From positions 64,001-128,000 of the forward strand of contig JBDGTS010000008.1 in the NCBI GenBank assembly GCA_042216675.1: a DNA stretch of 64,000 nt, given 5' to 3'. Each line of letters begins with the position of its first letter. Position 1 is the stretch's first letter. The position numbers and the translations under genes are program-made. The stretch comes from Halobacteriaceae archaeon. Its GTDB lineage: Archaea; Halobacteriota; Halobacteria; Halobacteriales; Halobacteriaceae. Below are positions 18,526-29,469 of the stretch, one piece after another. A model generated the notes under the pieces. That model saw only the letters and a program-made list of their open reading frames with translations, ran no database searches and had not been told where the DNA came from.

Positions 18526-19385
18526 CGCTCTCGCTCGACGACGAAGCGCGCGAGTTCGGCGAGATAGCTCCGGGCGTCGGAGCTGGGCAAGTCGAGACTG
18601 TCGAGTGCGTCCTCCGCCGCGGCCGCACGCTCACGGGCCAGCGTGTCCGCCTCGGCGGGCGTGAGGTCGGTCACCTGAAGAATCGAGGGCCGTTCGAGTT
18701 CGGCGTCCTGCCCCGTCGGCTTGCCGAGGTCCGCCGCGTCGGCGGTGGCGTCGAGCACGTCGTCTCGGATCTGGAAGGCGACCCCGACGTGTTCGGCGTA
18801 CTCGCCGGCAGTTCGGATTGTCTCCTCGTCGCCGTCGACGGCGATGGCGCCGAGTTGGGCCGCCGCGCGGAACAGCGCCCCCGTCTTGCGCCGCGCGAGT
18901 TCCATGTACTCCCCCTCGTCGGTCGGTTCGGCGACCAGTTCCGTCGCCTCGCCCTCGCCGAGTTCGACCATCGCGTCGGCGACGGCCTCCGTCGCGCGCG
19001 GGTCCGCGGAGAACAGCGCGAACGCCTCTCCCAGAAGCCCGTCGCTCGTGACGATGGCCGGGCCGTGGCCGTACGCCGCCCACGCGGAGGGGTGGCCGCG
19101 GCGGAGTTCCGAGCGGTCGATGATGTCGTCGACGACGAGCGACGCGTTGTGGACCAGTTCGACGCCGACGGCGAAGTCCAGCGCCCGCTTCGGGTGACCG
19201 GTGTCCGAGAGGTCCCCGACGGCCTCACAGACCAGCAGGGTCACCGTGGGCCGCACGCGCTTCCCGCCCGCGAGGAGGACGTCCTCCATCTCCGCCGCGA
19301 GTTCCGGAGGGTCGACGCGCTCGATGACCTCGACCAGTCGCTCTTCGACCGCATCGCGGCGCCGTTCCACGTCAGCGAGCGCCAT
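18522..19385 (-). CDS. idsA: Polyprenyl diphosphate synthase (IdsA-type)
   Basis: GGKRVRP, SLVVDDIID..RRG (FARM), KTGALF, FQIRDDVLD (SARM). Confidence 0.9.
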   Translation of the reverse strand: MALADVERRRDAVEERLVEVIERVDPPELAAEMEDVLLAGGKRVRPTVTLLVCEAVGDLSDTGHPKRALDFAVGVELVHNASLVVDDIIDRSELRRGHPSAWAAYGHGPAIVTSDGLLGEAFALFSADPRATEAVADAMVELGEGEATELVAEPTDEGEYMELARRKTGALFRAAAQLGAIAVDGDEETIRTAGEYAEHVGVAFQIRDDVLDATADAADLGKPTGQDAELERPSILQVTDLTPAEADTLARERAAAAEDALDSLDLPSSDARSYLAELARFVVERER

Positions 19386-19424
19386 TACCGGTCCTGAGGG
19401 GGCGCCGTGGAAATACGTGACGGC

Positions 19425-20513
19425 TCACTCTTCGTCGTCGGCCTCCGCACCGGGGAGCGAGATGAGGTTCTCGCGGCCGATGCGGAGTTTCTCGACCCTG
19501 TCCTCCTCGGCCATCGAGGAGAGGAGCTGGGACACCTTCGCGTTCGACCAACCGGTCTCCGTGACGATGTCGGCCTGCTTCATGCGCCCGCCGCGCTCTT
19601 CGAGCAGTCGCTCGACGCGCTCCTCGTCGCTCAACAGCGCCGGGTCGACGGCCTCCTCGGCGGCGTCCTCGGCTTCGGCCTCGGCGGAGGGGGCCGTCGC
19701 CTCGGTCGCGGCGTCGGCGTCTGCGGTCTCCTCCGCCACCGTCTCGCCTTCCCCGAACAGGCGCTCGCGCCGCGCCGCGACGTAGGCGAGGGCGCCCCCG
19801 AGCAGAAGCGCCCCGGCGACCGCCGCAAAGAAGCCGAGGTCCGGGCCGTTCGAGTCCGGCGCGGCGGGCGTCTCGGTACTCGTCTCCGTGCCCGTCACCG
19901 TCGGCGGCGGCGCGACGGACCGGGTGTAGGTCACCGAGGGCTGGCCCGCCGCGAAGGCGCGCCTGCCGGTCCACGTCAGCGTCCCGTTTTCGAGCGAGTC
20001 GGCGTCCGGATCGACGTTCAGCAGGCCGAAGTTCGACGGAGGATGAATCCGGAGTCGCTGCTCCTCGGTGAGCGTCCACGCGCCGAAGACGTCGCCGACG
20101 GTTATCGTGTCGCCGTTCGTCGCCGCGAAGTTCTGCCACGTGAACGTCAGCCGGACGACCCCCGTCGTGCCGTTGTCGGTGACGAAGGTGGTGTGCCGCG
20201 GATCCGACAGCGACATCTGTCGGCCCGTGTGCTGTTCCCCGGCCGCGACGAGTTCCTCCGCCGTGCGCACGTCGAAGCCGGGCGGGTCGGTGCTGTTCTC
20301 GATGTCGTCGGCGAGTCGTCGGAACGCTTCCCGGTCGGTTTCGCTGTCGAGCGCGAACGTCGTCGACACGTTCCAGACGGCGTCGCCGCTCTCGGCCACA
20401 AACACGTCGATGGTGGCGCCGTCTGTCGAGAGGTCGTCGCTCTGTGCGACGACGGCCGGTGACGCCGCGGTGAGCACGAGGACGACCGCGAGCGCGGCGA
20501 CGGCGACCCGCAT
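19425..20513 (-). CDS. Membrane-anchored protein: signal peptide, extracellular domain, TM, C-terminal winged HTH
   Basis: Signal peptide, Thr/Pro linker, TM, LLSDEERV..GGRMKQADIV..GWSNAKVSQLLS..LRIGRENLI. Confidence 0.8.
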   Translation of the reverse strand: MRVAVAALAVVLVLTAASPAVVAQSDDLSTDGATIDVFVAESGDAVWNVSTTFALDSETDREAFRRLADDIENSTDPPGFDVRTAEELVAAGEQHTGRQMSLSDPRHTTFVTDNGTTGVVRLTFTWQNFAATNGDTITVGDVFGAWTLTEEQRLRIHPPSNFGLLNVDPDADSLENGTLTWTGRRAFAAGQPSVTYTRSVAPPPTVTGTETSTETPAAPDSNGPDLGFFAAVAGALLLGGALAYVAARRERLFGEGETVAEETADADAATEATAPSAEAEAEDAAEEAVDPALLSDEERVERLLEERGGRMKQADIVTETGWSNAKVSQLLSSMAEEDRVEKLRIGRENLISLPGAEADDEE

Positions 20514-20651
20514 TGTCGTTTGGGTCGGCAGCACGGTTGAAAACCCTTTCTATGACTGAATAAAACGTTAGCGCCGCCTATGAACTGTCTCGGGATTTCT
20601 AATCCCGTTCCCTCGACGCCCATCTGACGCCCTCGTGACGCCGATATGACA

Positions 20652-21272
20652 TTATTTGGGGAGCGTGGCGTGCGTGACGATGGCTCGCGGCGACCCCGGG
20701 CGGGCCTGCAGGACGCGGTGTTCGACGTCGCCGTAGCCGGCCTCGCGGAACATCCGGTCGGCCTCCGCCTCGTCGTAGAACAGCATGATGGCGTCCGCGA
20801 CTTTTCGGAACAGCGTGTTCTTCGGGGCGTCCGGCCCCACGACGAGGACTTCCCCGCCCGGCCGCGTGACGCGGCGGAGTTCTCGGAGTGCCGTCACGGG
20901 GTTGGGCCAGTACTCGATGGACCCCGACGACCACACCACGTCGAAGGCGTCGTCGTCGTAGGGAAGCCGTTCGGCGTCGCCCCGGACGAACGAGACGGGG
21001 TCGTACTTCCCGAGTTTCGCCCACGCCTGTTCGAGTTGGTGTTCGCTCTGGTCGAGGCCGTGGACGTTCTCCGTCCGGTCGAGGAGCGCGTCCGTCGCGA
21101 ACCCGGTGCCACAGCCCACGTCGAGGACGCGGTCGCCGGCCGTGAGGTCGAGCATCTCGATGGCCTCGTCCCGCATCTCCTCGTTCCAGATGAAGGGGTT
21201 GACCCGGTCGTACACCGTCGACAGGTACCGATAGAAGAGCCGCGCGCGCCGCTTGTCTTCGAGGACTCCCAT
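20652..21272 (-). CDS. SAM-dependent methyltransferase (UbiE/MenG-like)
   Basis: VLDVGCGTG, GDAERLP, WSSGSIEYWP; ATG at 21272. Confidence 0.88.
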   Translation of the reverse strand: MGVLEDKRRARLFYRYLSTVYDRVNPFIWNEEMRDEAIEMLDLTAGDRVLDVGCGTGFATDALLDRTENVHGLDQSEHQLEQAWAKLGKYDPVSFVRGDAERLPYDDDAFDVVWSSGSIEYWPNPVTALRELRRVTRPGGEVLVVGPDAPKNTLFRKVADAIMLFYDEAEADRMFREAGYGDVEHRVLQARPGSPRAIVTHATLPK

Positions 21273-21375
21273 CCCGTCGGGGTTGGACTGCCCAGCCCAT
21301 AGTTCCCCCGGTACGACCGGGCGAACCTTTCGCAACGCCCTTATACGGCCCTTGCAAACGTCCTCGTGATCGAGA

Positions 21376-21708
21376 ATGGCGAGGCCGGAAGTTCTACAAG
21401 AGATAAAGGACGCCGAGGCAGAGGCCGACGACATCGTCGCCGAGGCGGAGGCCGAAGCCGAGGAGCGAATCGAGGAGGCCCGCGACCGCGCGGCCGAGAT
21501 TCGCCGTGAGGCCGAGGAAGAGGCCGAGGAACTCCGCGAGGAGCGACTCGAAGAGGCCCGCGAGGAAATCGAGGCGGAACGGGACCGCATCCTCTCGGAG
21601 GGACGCGCCGACCGCGAACGCCTCGTCGAGCGCGCCGAATCCAACCGCGAGGAGGCCACAGAGTACGTCCTCGACGCATTCACGGAGGCGGTACATGCTC
21701 AGACCTAG
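21376..21708 (+). CDS. atpH: A-type ATP synthase subunit H
   Basis: MARPEVL, E/A/R-rich coiled coil, first gene of atp operon. Confidence 0.9.
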   Translation: MARPEVLQEIKDAEAEADDIVAEAEAEAEERIEEARDRAAEIRREAEEEAEELREERLEEAREEIEAERDRILSEGRADRERLVERAESNREEATEYVLDAFTEAVHAQT

Positions 21709-23815
21709 CAAGATGAGCAAGGTCTCGGTGACCGGGACCAAGGCCGTGATGCCCGACGTCATCGAGGCCGCACACGAGACGAACCTCCTCCACCTCAGTG
21801 ACTACGGCGGGGAGTACGAGGGCTTCGACAACGGGTCGCCCGTCGAGGGCGCCGACGAGGCGTCGCAGAAACTCGTGACCGTGCGGTCGCTCCAGTCCAT
21901 CCTCGACGTCTCCGAAGAGGACGCCGGACCGACCCGCATCGTCACCGAGGAGGCCCTCGCCGAGGACTTAGAGGAGGTCCGACGGGCCGCGAACGACCTC
22001 GACGACCGCCGCGACGAGATCGCCGACGAACTCCGCTCGGTCGAGGAGCGCATCGACGCCCTCGACCCGTTCGTGTCCCTCGGCATCGACCTCGACTACC
22101 TCCGGGGCTACGACTCCCTCGACGTCGCCGTCGGTGAGGCCGACCCCGAGGCAGTCGAGGATGCACTCGCACACGCGAGCGACGTCGCGGCGTCCGAGGT
22201 CTTCAGCGGCGACGGCGTCGTCGCCGCGTTCGCCCGACCCGCCGAGAACGCCGAGTCGCCCCTCGACGAGGCGCTGGTGAACGTCGACTTCACCCGTCTC
22301 GACGTGCCCGACGAGGAGGGGTCGCCCTCGGACATCGTCGCCGAACTCGAACACGAGCGCGAGACGCTCGAATCCCGACTGGAGAGCGTCGAGTCCGAAC
22401 TCGACGACCTCCGCCTCGAACACGCCGGCTTCCTGCTGGCGGCCGAGGAGACGCTGACCATCGAGGTCCAGAAGCACGAAGCCCCGCTCTCCTTTGCGAC
22501 GACGGAGCACGCCTTCGTCGCCGAGGGCTGGGTGCCAAGCGAGGAGTACACCGACTTCGTGGAGACCATCCGCGACGCCGTGGGTGACAGCGTCGAAATC
22601 GAGGAACTCGAACGCGCCACGTACACGCCCTCGCACGGCCACAGTCACGAGGCCGGCGAGGACGCCGAGGCCGTCGCGGACGGCGGCCACCCCGACCCCG
22701 TCGACGAACCGCCGGTCGTGCAGGACAACCCGAAGCCGGCCAAGCCGTTCGAACTCCTCGTTCGGATGGTTAGCCGCCCGTCGTACTCCGAACTCGACCC
22801 GACGATTCTGCTCCTGTTGACGTTCCCGGCGTTCTACGGCTTCATGATCGGTGACCTCGGCTACGGACTGCTGTACTTCGCCGGCGGCTTCCTGCTGTGG
22901 AGCCGTCTCGACTCCGACGCGTTCCGAAGCCTCGGTGGCGTCGCGATGTGGGCCGGTGGCTTCACCGCGCTGTTCGGCATCCTGTACGGCGAAATCTTCG
23001 GCCTGCACCTCATCAGCACACATTTCTGGGAGGGTGCACTGAACATGCACGGCCCGCCCATCGAGAAGGGCCTGCACACCCGGGACATCGCGACCAAGTG
23101 GCTCGCGGTCAGCCTCGTGGTCGGCCTGATTCACCTCGGCATCGGCTACGTGTTCGGCTTCGTCAACGACTGGCGCGCCCACGGACTCGTCGAGGCCGTC
23201 ATGGAGGACGCCTCGAAGCTCATGCTGATGGGCGGCGTCGGCGTCTGGCTGTTCAGCGCGCACCTGCAGAGCGGTGGCGGCCCGCGCCCGCCGTTCCTCC
23301 TGAACCTCATCGAGTTCCCCGCGACGGTGGGCGTCGCGGCGCTCGTCGTCGCCGCCGTCGGCCTCGTCCTCCTGACGAAGGCCGAGGGCGCGGCCGGGTT
23401 CTTCGAGAGCCCCACGTACGCGCTGGTCAACACCGTCTCCTACACCCGAATCGCGGCGGTGCTGCTGGCGAAGGCCGGGATGGCGTTCGTCGTGAACCTC
23501 CTCGTGTTCGGCGCCTACGAGTACCACGGCGAGGTTCACTTCATGCTCTCTCACGGTCCGAGCTACGTCAAAGGCCACTACGGTGCGGAGGCCATCATGT
23601 TCCCCGGACTGGTGAACGCGGGCGTCGCCGGCATCGTCGGCGGCCTCGTGATTCTCGTCCTGGGACACGCCCTCGTCCTCGCTCTCGGCGTCACGAGCGC
23701 CGGCCTGCAGGCCGTGCGCCTCGAGTACGTCGAGTTCTTCGGCAAGTTCTACGAGGGCGGCGGGACCGAGTACGACCCCTTCGGCCACGCCCGCACCTAC
23801 ACCACGGAGGAGTGA
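21695..23815 (+). CDS. atpI: A-type ATP synthase subunit I (a)
   Basis: MLRP..MSKVSVTG, P.YSELDPT, FYGFMIGDLGYG, SYTRI, LQAVRLEYVEFF.KFY. Confidence 0.95.
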   Translation: MLRPSKMSKVSVTGTKAVMPDVIEAAHETNLLHLSDYGGEYEGFDNGSPVEGADEASQKLVTVRSLQSILDVSEEDAGPTRIVTEEALAEDLEEVRRAANDLDDRRDEIADELRSVEERIDALDPFVSLGIDLDYLRGYDSLDVAVGEADPEAVEDALAHASDVAASEVFSGDGVVAAFARPAENAESPLDEALVNVDFTRLDVPDEEGSPSDIVAELEHERETLESRLESVESELDDLRLEHAGFLLAAEETLTIEVQKHEAPLSFATTEHAFVAEGWVPSEEYTDFVETIRDAVGDSVEIEELERATYTPSHGHSHEAGEDAEAVADGGHPDPVDEPPVVQDNPKPAKPFELLVRMVSRPSYSELDPTILLLLTFPAFYGFMIGDLGYGLLYFAGGFLLWSRLDSDAFRSLGGVAMWAGGFTALFGILYGEIFGLHLISTHFWEGALNMHGPPIEKGLHTRDIATKWLAVSLVVGLIHLGIGYVFGFVNDWRAHGLVEAVMEDASKLMLMGGVGVWLFSAHLQSGGGPRPPFLLNLIEFPATVGVAALVVAAVGLVLLTKAEGAAGFFESPTYALVNTVSYTRIAAVLLAKAGMAFVVNLLVFGAYEYHGEVHFMLSHGPSYVKGHYGAEAIMFPGLVNAGVAGIVGGLVILVLGHALVLALGVTSAGLQAVRLEYVEFFGKFYEGGGTEYDPFGHARTYTTEE

Positions 23816-23879
23816 GCGATGCACTCCCCTACCGTCTCGACGCCTGAAACGCCTGTGAACGCCTCTCTCACGGCCGGGC

Positions 23880-23905
23880 GTTTTGAGAAGCTTTATGAAT
23901 ACGGT
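23880..23905 (+). promoter_or_regulatory. Putative internal BRE/TATA promoter upstream of atpK
   Basis: GAGAAGCTTTATGAA in the 163-bp atpI-atpK gap. Confidence 0.5.
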
Positions 23906-23978
23906 AGGGCGAATTACCAACCGTTCGGTTCCGACCGACCTCACGCCACAGAGGACCCATAAAACTCAACTCACAACT

Positions 23979-24269
23979 ATGGCACTCGAATTCGCAAACG
24001 CCGTCGCGGACGCCGCAACGCTTCTCGCAAGTAACTCGTCGCTCAGCGCCGAGGCCGCCCAGAACCTCGGGAACGGCTACAAATCGGCCGCCGCGGCACT
24101 CGCCGTGGGCCTCGCCGCGCTCGGGGCAGGCTACGCGGAACGCGGTATCGGTAGCGCTGCCGTCGGCGCGATCGCCGAGGACCAGGACCTGTTCGGTACC
24201 GGCCTCATCCTGACGGTGCTCCCCGAGACACTCGTCATCCTGGCCCTCGTCGTCGTCTTCGTCGTCTAA
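23979..24269 (+). CDS. atpK: A-type ATP synthase subunit K (c)
   Basis: GLAALGAGYAERGIG, LTVLPETLVIL with ion-binding Glu. Confidence 0.95.
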   Translation: MALEFANAVADAATLLASNSSLSAEAAQNLGNGYKSAAAALAVGLAALGAGYAERGIGSAAVGAIAEDQDLFGTGLILTVLPETLVILALVVVFVV

Positions 24270-24281
24270 CTCGTTCCTATC

Positions 24282-24866
24282 ATGAGTTTGGAAACGGTAG
24301 TCGAAGACATCCGGGATCGGGCGCGCGCGCGTCGGGACGAAATCCTCGCCGAGGCCGACGAGGAGGCCGAGGAGATCGTCGCCGAGGCCGAGGAAGAGGC
24401 CGAGGAGATCGTCGCCGAGGCCGAGGCGGCCGTCGAGAGCGACATCGAGCAAGAGCGCGAACAGCGCCTGTCGAGCGCCAAACTCGAGGCCAAACAGGAG
24501 CGCCTCGAGGCGCGACGCGAGGCTCTCGCGGAGACTCGCGCCGAAGTCGAGGACCGCATCGCGGCCCTCGACGGCGACGAGCGCGAGAAACTCACCCGCG
24601 AACTCGTCGCGGCCGCCAGCGAGGAGTTCGACGAGGGCGCCACGGTGCGCATCTACACGCGCCCCGAGGATCAGGACCTCGTCGCGGACATCCTCGACGA
24701 CTACGACGGCTACTCCGTCGCCGGCGAGGAGGACTGTCTCGGCGGCCTCGTCGCCGAGAGCGACGAGTCCCGCGTTCGCGTGAACAACACGTTCGACTCG
24801 GTCCTCGAGGACGTCTGGGAGGACGAACTCAAGGACGTGAGTGGCATCCTGTTCGAGGAGCAATGA
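24282..24866 (+). CDS. atpE: A-type ATP synthase subunit E
   Basis: MSLETVVEDI, coiled coil, CLGGLV.ES..SRVRVNNTFDS. Confidence 0.93.
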   Translation: MSLETVVEDIRDRARARRDEILAEADEEAEEIVAEAEEEAEEIVAEAEAAVESDIEQEREQRLSSAKLEAKQERLEARREALAETRAEVEDRIAALDGDEREKLTRELVAAASEEFDEGATVRIYTRPEDQDLVADILDDYDGYSVAGEEDCLGGLVAESDESRVRVNNTFDSVLEDVWEDELKDVSGILFEEQ

Positions 24867-25924
24867 GCGCAAAATCCGACGAGGCCGCGAACTACGAGTA
24901 CGTGACCGCGCGGGTCCGACACCGCCGCGCGTCGCTTTTCGCCCCCGAGGACTACCGGAAACTCCTCCGGATGGGGCCGGGCGAAATCGCCCGCTTCATG
25001 GAGGAGACGGAGTACGAGGACGAGATCAACGCTCTCGGCTCCCGCCACTCCGGGGTTGACCTCGTCGAGTACGCGCTGAACCGCAATCTCGCGCGGCACT
25101 TCGACGACCTCCTGCGCTGGAGTCAGGGGGAACTGTACGCCCGCATCGCCCGTTACCTCCGGAAGTTCGACGCGTGGAACGTGAAGACCGTCCTGCGCGG
25201 CATCTACTCCGGCGCGGAGCCCGAAACCATCGAGGACGACCTCATCCGCGCGGGCGAACTCGGCGACCAACTCCTCGACCGCCTCACGCAGGTACAGGAC
25301 GTCGAGGAGGCCGTCGAACTGCTCGACGGGACGCTGTTCGGCGACTCGCTGGCCGACGCGTTCGAGGACTACGAGGACAGCGGCCTCCTCGTCCCCCTCG
25401 AGAACGCGGTCGACCGCGCGTACTACGAAGGGCTACTGGAGGGCGTCGAGGACCACACGGCCGACCGCGCCACCCAGCTCTACGTCGAGTTCCTCGAAGC
25501 GGAAATCGACTTCCGCAACGTCCGTAACGCCCTGCGACTCGCACGGAGCGGGGCGGACATCGACCCGGCGGAGTACTACATCGAGGGCGGCCAACTGTTC
25601 GATGCGGCCGACCTCCAGCGCCTCGCCGGCAACGAGGACGAACTCGTCGAGTACCTCCGGGACAGCACGTACGGTGACGAACTGTCCGCCCCCCTCGACG
25701 ACTTGGCCGAGGCGGAGAGCCTCACCAGCTTCGAGCGGGCACTAGAGGAGGCCCTCTTGGAGTACTCCGAACACCTCTCCTATCAGTTCCCGCTGTCGGT
25801 GTGTCCGGTGTTGGCTTTCGTGCTCGCGAAGGAGCGCGAAGTCGACAACGTCCGCGCCATCGCACGCGGTCGCGAGGCGGGGCTGAGCGAGGACGAAATC
25901 GAGGACGAACTGGTGATGCTATGA
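24863..25924 (+). CDS. atpC: A-type ATP synthase subunit C
   Basis: [31 protein letters not shown]. Confidence 0.93.
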   Translation: MSAKSDEAANYEYVTARVRHRRASLFAPEDYRKLLRMGPGEIARFMEETEYEDEINALGSRHSGVDLVEYALNRNLARHFDDLLRWSQGELYARIARYLRKFDAWNVKTVLRGIYSGAEPETIEDDLIRAGELGDQLLDRLTQVQDVEEAVELLDGTLFGDSLADAFEDYEDSGLLVPLENAVDRAYYEGLLEGVEDHTADRATQLYVEFLEAEIDFRNVRNALRLARSGADIDPAEYYIEGGQLFDAADLQRLAGNEDELVEYLRDSTYGDELSAPLDDLAEAESLTSFERALEEALLEYSEHLSYQFPLSVCPVLAFVLAKEREVDNVRAIARGREAGLSEDEIEDELVML

Positions 25925-26238
25925 GCCAGGAAATCGCCGTCGCCGGCAGTCCGGAGTTCACGACTGGGTTCCGACTCGCCGGCGTCCGCAAGTTCGCCAA
26001 CGTACCGGCCGACGAGAAATCCGACCGGCTCGACGACGCCGTTTCGGATCTGCTCGACGACGCCGACGTGGGCATCCTCGTGATGCACGAGACCGACCTC
26101 GATCACCTCTCGCGGAACGTCCGCGAGCGGGTCGAAACGAGCGTCGAACCGGTGGTCGTCACCGTCGGCGGCAGCGGGTCGAGTGGCCTGCGGGAGCAGA
26201 TCCGGCGCGCCATCGGCATCGACCTCATGGAAGAGTAA
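25921..26238 (+). CDS. atpF: A-type ATP synthase subunit F
   Basis: [33 protein letters not shown]. Confidence 0.93.
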   Translation: MSQEIAVAGSPEFTTGFRLAGVRKFANVPADEKSDRLDDAVSDLLDDADVGILVMHETDLDHLSRNVRERVETSVEPVVVTVGGSGSSGLREQIRRAIGIDLMEE

Positions 26239-26240
26239 CT

Positions 26241-28007
26241 ATGAGTCAGGCAACCACATCCGAAGATACGGCTGAAGGCGTTATCGAGAGCGTCAGTGGC
26301 CCGGTCGTGACTGCGACCGGCCTCGACGCCAAAATGAACGACGTCGTCTACGTCGGCGACGAAGGGCTGATGGGCGAAGTCATCGAGATCGAGGGCGACG
26401 TGACGACGATTCAGGTGTACGAGGAGACGTCCGCCGTCGCCCCCGGCGAACCGGTCGAGAACACCGGCGAACCGCTCTCGGTGGACCTCGGTCCCGGCAT
26501 GCTGGACTCCATCTACGACGGCACTCAGCGCCCGCTGGACGTCCTCGAAGAGCAGATGGGCGCGTTCCTCGACCGCGGTGTCGACGCACCGGGCATCGAC
26601 ATGGAGAAGGAGTGGGACTTCACGCCCGCCGTCGAGGAGGGCGACGAAGTCGAGCCCGGCGACCGGGTCGGCTCCGTGCAGGAGACCGAGAGCATCGAGC
26701 ACCACATTCTCGTGCCCCCGGGCTACGAGGGCGGCGAAGTCGTGGACGTGAAGTCCGGCGACTACACCGTCACCGACCCCATCGTCGAACTCGACTCCGG
26801 CGAAGAGGTCACGATGCATCAGGAGTGGCCGGTCCGCGAGGCCCGGCCGACCGTCGAGAAGCAGACGCCGACCGAACCGCTGGTCACCGGTCAGCGCGTG
26901 CAGGACGGCCTGTTCCCCCTCGCGAAAGGCGGGACGGCCGCCATCCCCGGTCCCTTCGGGTCCGGAAAGACGGTCACCCAGCAGCAACTCGCCAAGTGGT
27001 CCGACGCCGACATCGTCATCTACATCGGCTGTGGCGAGCGTGGCAACGAGATGACGGAAGTCATCGAGGACTTCCCGGAACTGGACGACCCCAAGACCGG
27101 GAAGCCCCTGATGTCCCGGACGTGCCTCATCGCGAACACGTCCAACATGCCCGTCGCGGCCCGCGAGTCCTGTATCTACACGGGCATCACCATCGCGGAG
27201 CACTACCGCGACATGGGGTACGACGTGGCGCTGATGGCCGACTCCACCTCGCGGTGGGCAGAGGCCATGCGCGAAATCTCCTCCCGACTCGAGGAGATGC
27301 CCGGCGAGGAGGGCTACCCGGCCTACCTCGCGGCGCGCCTCTCGGAGTTCTACGAGCGCGCGGGCCTGTTCGAACTCCTGAACGGGCAGGAGGGCTCCAT
27401 CTCCGTCGTCGGCGCGGTCAGTCCGCCCGGCGGCGACTTCTCGGAGCCGGTCACCCAGAACACCCTGCGCATCGTGAAGACGTTCTGGGCGCTCGACGCC
27501 GACCTCGCGGAACGGCGGCACTTCCCCTCCATCAACTGGGACGAGTCCTACTCGCTGTACAAGGAGCAACTCGACCCGTGGTGGATCGACAACGTCGAGG
27601 AGGACTTCCCGGACCTGCGGCAGTGGGCCGTGGACGTCCTCGACGAGGAGAGCGAACTGCAGGAGATCGTCCAACTGGTCGGCAAGGACGCGCTCCCCGA
27701 GGACCAGCAGCTCACCCTCGAAGTGTCCCGGTACATCCGTGAGGCGTTCCTGCAGCAGAACGCCCTCCACGACGTGGACACGTACTGCCCGCCGGAGAAG
27801 ACGTACCTCATCCTGCAGGCAATCAAGACGTTCCACGACGAAGCCTTCGAGGCACTCGACAACGGCGTCCCCGTCGACGAGATTCAGGACATCGACGCCG
27901 CGCCGCGCCTGAACCGCATCGGCACGACGCCCGACGACGAGGCCGACGAGTTCGTCGCGGAACTGGAGGACGACATCGCCAGCCAACTGGAGGACCTCTA
28001 CACATGA
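26241..28007 (+). CDS. atpA: A-type ATP synthase subunit A
   Basis: [34 protein letters not shown]; no intein. Confidence 0.97.
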   Translation: MSQATTSEDTAEGVIESVSGPVVTATGLDAKMNDVVYVGDEGLMGEVIEIEGDVTTIQVYEETSAVAPGEPVENTGEPLSVDLGPGMLDSIYDGTQRPLDVLEEQMGAFLDRGVDAPGIDMEKEWDFTPAVEEGDEVEPGDRVGSVQETESIEHHILVPPGYEGGEVVDVKSGDYTVTDPIVELDSGEEVTMHQEWPVREARPTVEKQTPTEPLVTGQRVQDGLFPLAKGGTAAIPGPFGSGKTVTQQQLAKWSDADIVIYIGCGERGNEMTEVIEDFPELDDPKTGKPLMSRTCLIANTSNMPVAARESCIYTGITIAEHYRDMGYDVALMADSTSRWAEAMREISSRLEEMPGEEGYPAYLAARLSEFYERAGLFELLNGQEGSISVVGAVSPPGGDFSEPVTQNTLRIVKTFWALDADLAERRHFPSINWDESYSLYKEQLDPWWIDNVEEDFPDLRQWAVDVLDEESELQEIVQLVGKDALPEDQQLTLEVSRYIREAFLQQNALHDVDTYCPPEKTYLILQAIKTFHDEAFEALDNGVPVDEIQDIDAAPRLNRIGTTPDDEADEFVAELEDDIASQLEDLYT

Positions 28008-29422
28008 AAGAGTACCAGACGATCACGGAGATCAGCGGACCGCTGGTGTTCGTCGAGACGGACGAGCCCATCGGCTACGACGAAATCGTCGAGATCGAAC
28101 TCGAGAACGGCGAGACGCGCCGCGGACAGGTGCTCGAGTCCGAGACGGACCTCGTCGCCATTCAGGTGTTCGAGGGCACGTCGGGCATCGACCGCAACGC
28201 GTCGGTTCGATTCCTCGGCGAGACGCTCAAGATGCCCGTCACCGAGGACCTCCTCGGGCGGGTGCTGGACGGCTCCGGCAACCCCATCGACGGCGGCCCG
28301 GAAATCGTCCCCGAGGAGCGTCAGGAGATCGTCGGCGCCGCCATCAACCCGACGGCGCGCGAGTTCCCCGCGGAGTTCATCCAGACCGGCGTCTCCGCCA
28401 TCGACGGCATGAACACGCTCGTGCGCGGCCAGAAGCTCCCCATCTTCTCGGGGTCCGGTCTGCCGCACAACGAACTCGCACTGCAGGTCGCCCGACAGGC
28501 GTCCGTTCCGGAAGAGGCGGAGGCCGCCGAGGAAGCGGGCGAAGAGGACACGGAGTTCGTCGTCGTCTTCGGCGCCATGGGCATCACGGCCGAGGAGGCA
28601 AACGAGTTCATGGACGACTTCGAGCGCACAGGCGCGCTCGAACGCTCCGTCGTCTTCATGAACCTCGCCGACGACCCGGCCGTCGAGCGGACGATTACGC
28701 CGCGGCTGGCGCTGACCACCGCGGAGTACCTCGCCTTCGAGAAGGACTACCACGTGCTGGTCATCCTCACGGACATGACCAACTACTGTGAGGCGCTCCG
28801 CGAAATCGGCGCCGCGCGCGAGGAGGTCCCGGGTCGCCGTGGCTACCCCGGCTACATGTACACCGACCTCGCGCAGCTGTACGAGCGCGCCGGCCGCATC
28901 GAGGGGGAGGAGGGCTCCATCACGCAGATGCCCATCCTCACGATGCCCGGCGACGACGACACGCACCCGATTCCGGACCTCACCGGCTACATCACCGAGG
29001 GTCAGATCTACGTCGACCGCGGTCTGAACTCGCAGGGCATCGAGCCCCCCATCGACGTGTCGCCCTCCCTCTCCCGACTGATGGACGAGGGCATCGGCGA
29101 GGGCCTCACTCGCGAGGACCACGGCGACGTGTCCGACCAGCTGTTCGCCGCGTACGCGGAGGGCAAGGAACTCCGCGACCTCGAACAGATCGTCGGCCGC
29201 GAAGCGCTCGGCGACGTCGAGAACATCTACCTCGACTTCGCGGACCGCTTCGAGGAGGAGTTCGTCCAGCAGGGCTTCGACACGAACCGCGACATCGAGG
29301 AGACCCTCGACATCGGTTGGGACCTCCTCTCGATGCTCCCGCCGGAGGAACTCAACCGCATCGACGAGGACCTCATCGAGGAGCACTACCGCGAGGACGT
29401 GGCCGTCGAGGCCACCGACTGA
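28004..29422 (+). CDS. atpB: A-type ATP synthase subunit B
   Basis: [42 protein letters not shown]. Confidence 0.97.
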   Translation: MKEYQTITEISGPLVFVETDEPIGYDEIVEIELENGETRRGQVLESETDLVAIQVFEGTSGIDRNASVRFLGETLKMPVTEDLLGRVLDGSGNPIDGGPEIVPEERQEIVGAAINPTAREFPAEFIQTGVSAIDGMNTLVRGQKLPIFSGSGLPHNELALQVARQASVPEEAEAAEEAGEEDTEFVVVFGAMGITAEEANEFMDDFERTGALERSVVFMNLADDPAVERTITPRLALTTAEYLAFEKDYHVLVILTDMTNYCEALREIGAAREEVPGRRGYPGYMYTDLAQLYERAGRIEGEEGSITQMPILTMPGDDDTHPIPDLTGYITEGQIYVDRGLNSQGIEPPIDVSPSLSRLMDEGIGEGLTREDHGDVSDQLFAAYAEGKELRDLEQIVGREALGDVENIYLDFADRFEEEFVQQGFDTNRDIEETLDIGWDLLSMLPPEELNRIDEDLIEEHYREDVAVEATD

Positions 29423-29469
29423 CGCGGGTTCCATTTTCGCGGCGACGCGCGCACCGACCAGCGGCGCGG

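Noticed and set aside
24348-24426. 33-bp tandem repeat in atpE
   Set aside because: Encodes the 11-residue periodicity expected of the peripheral-stalk coiled coil
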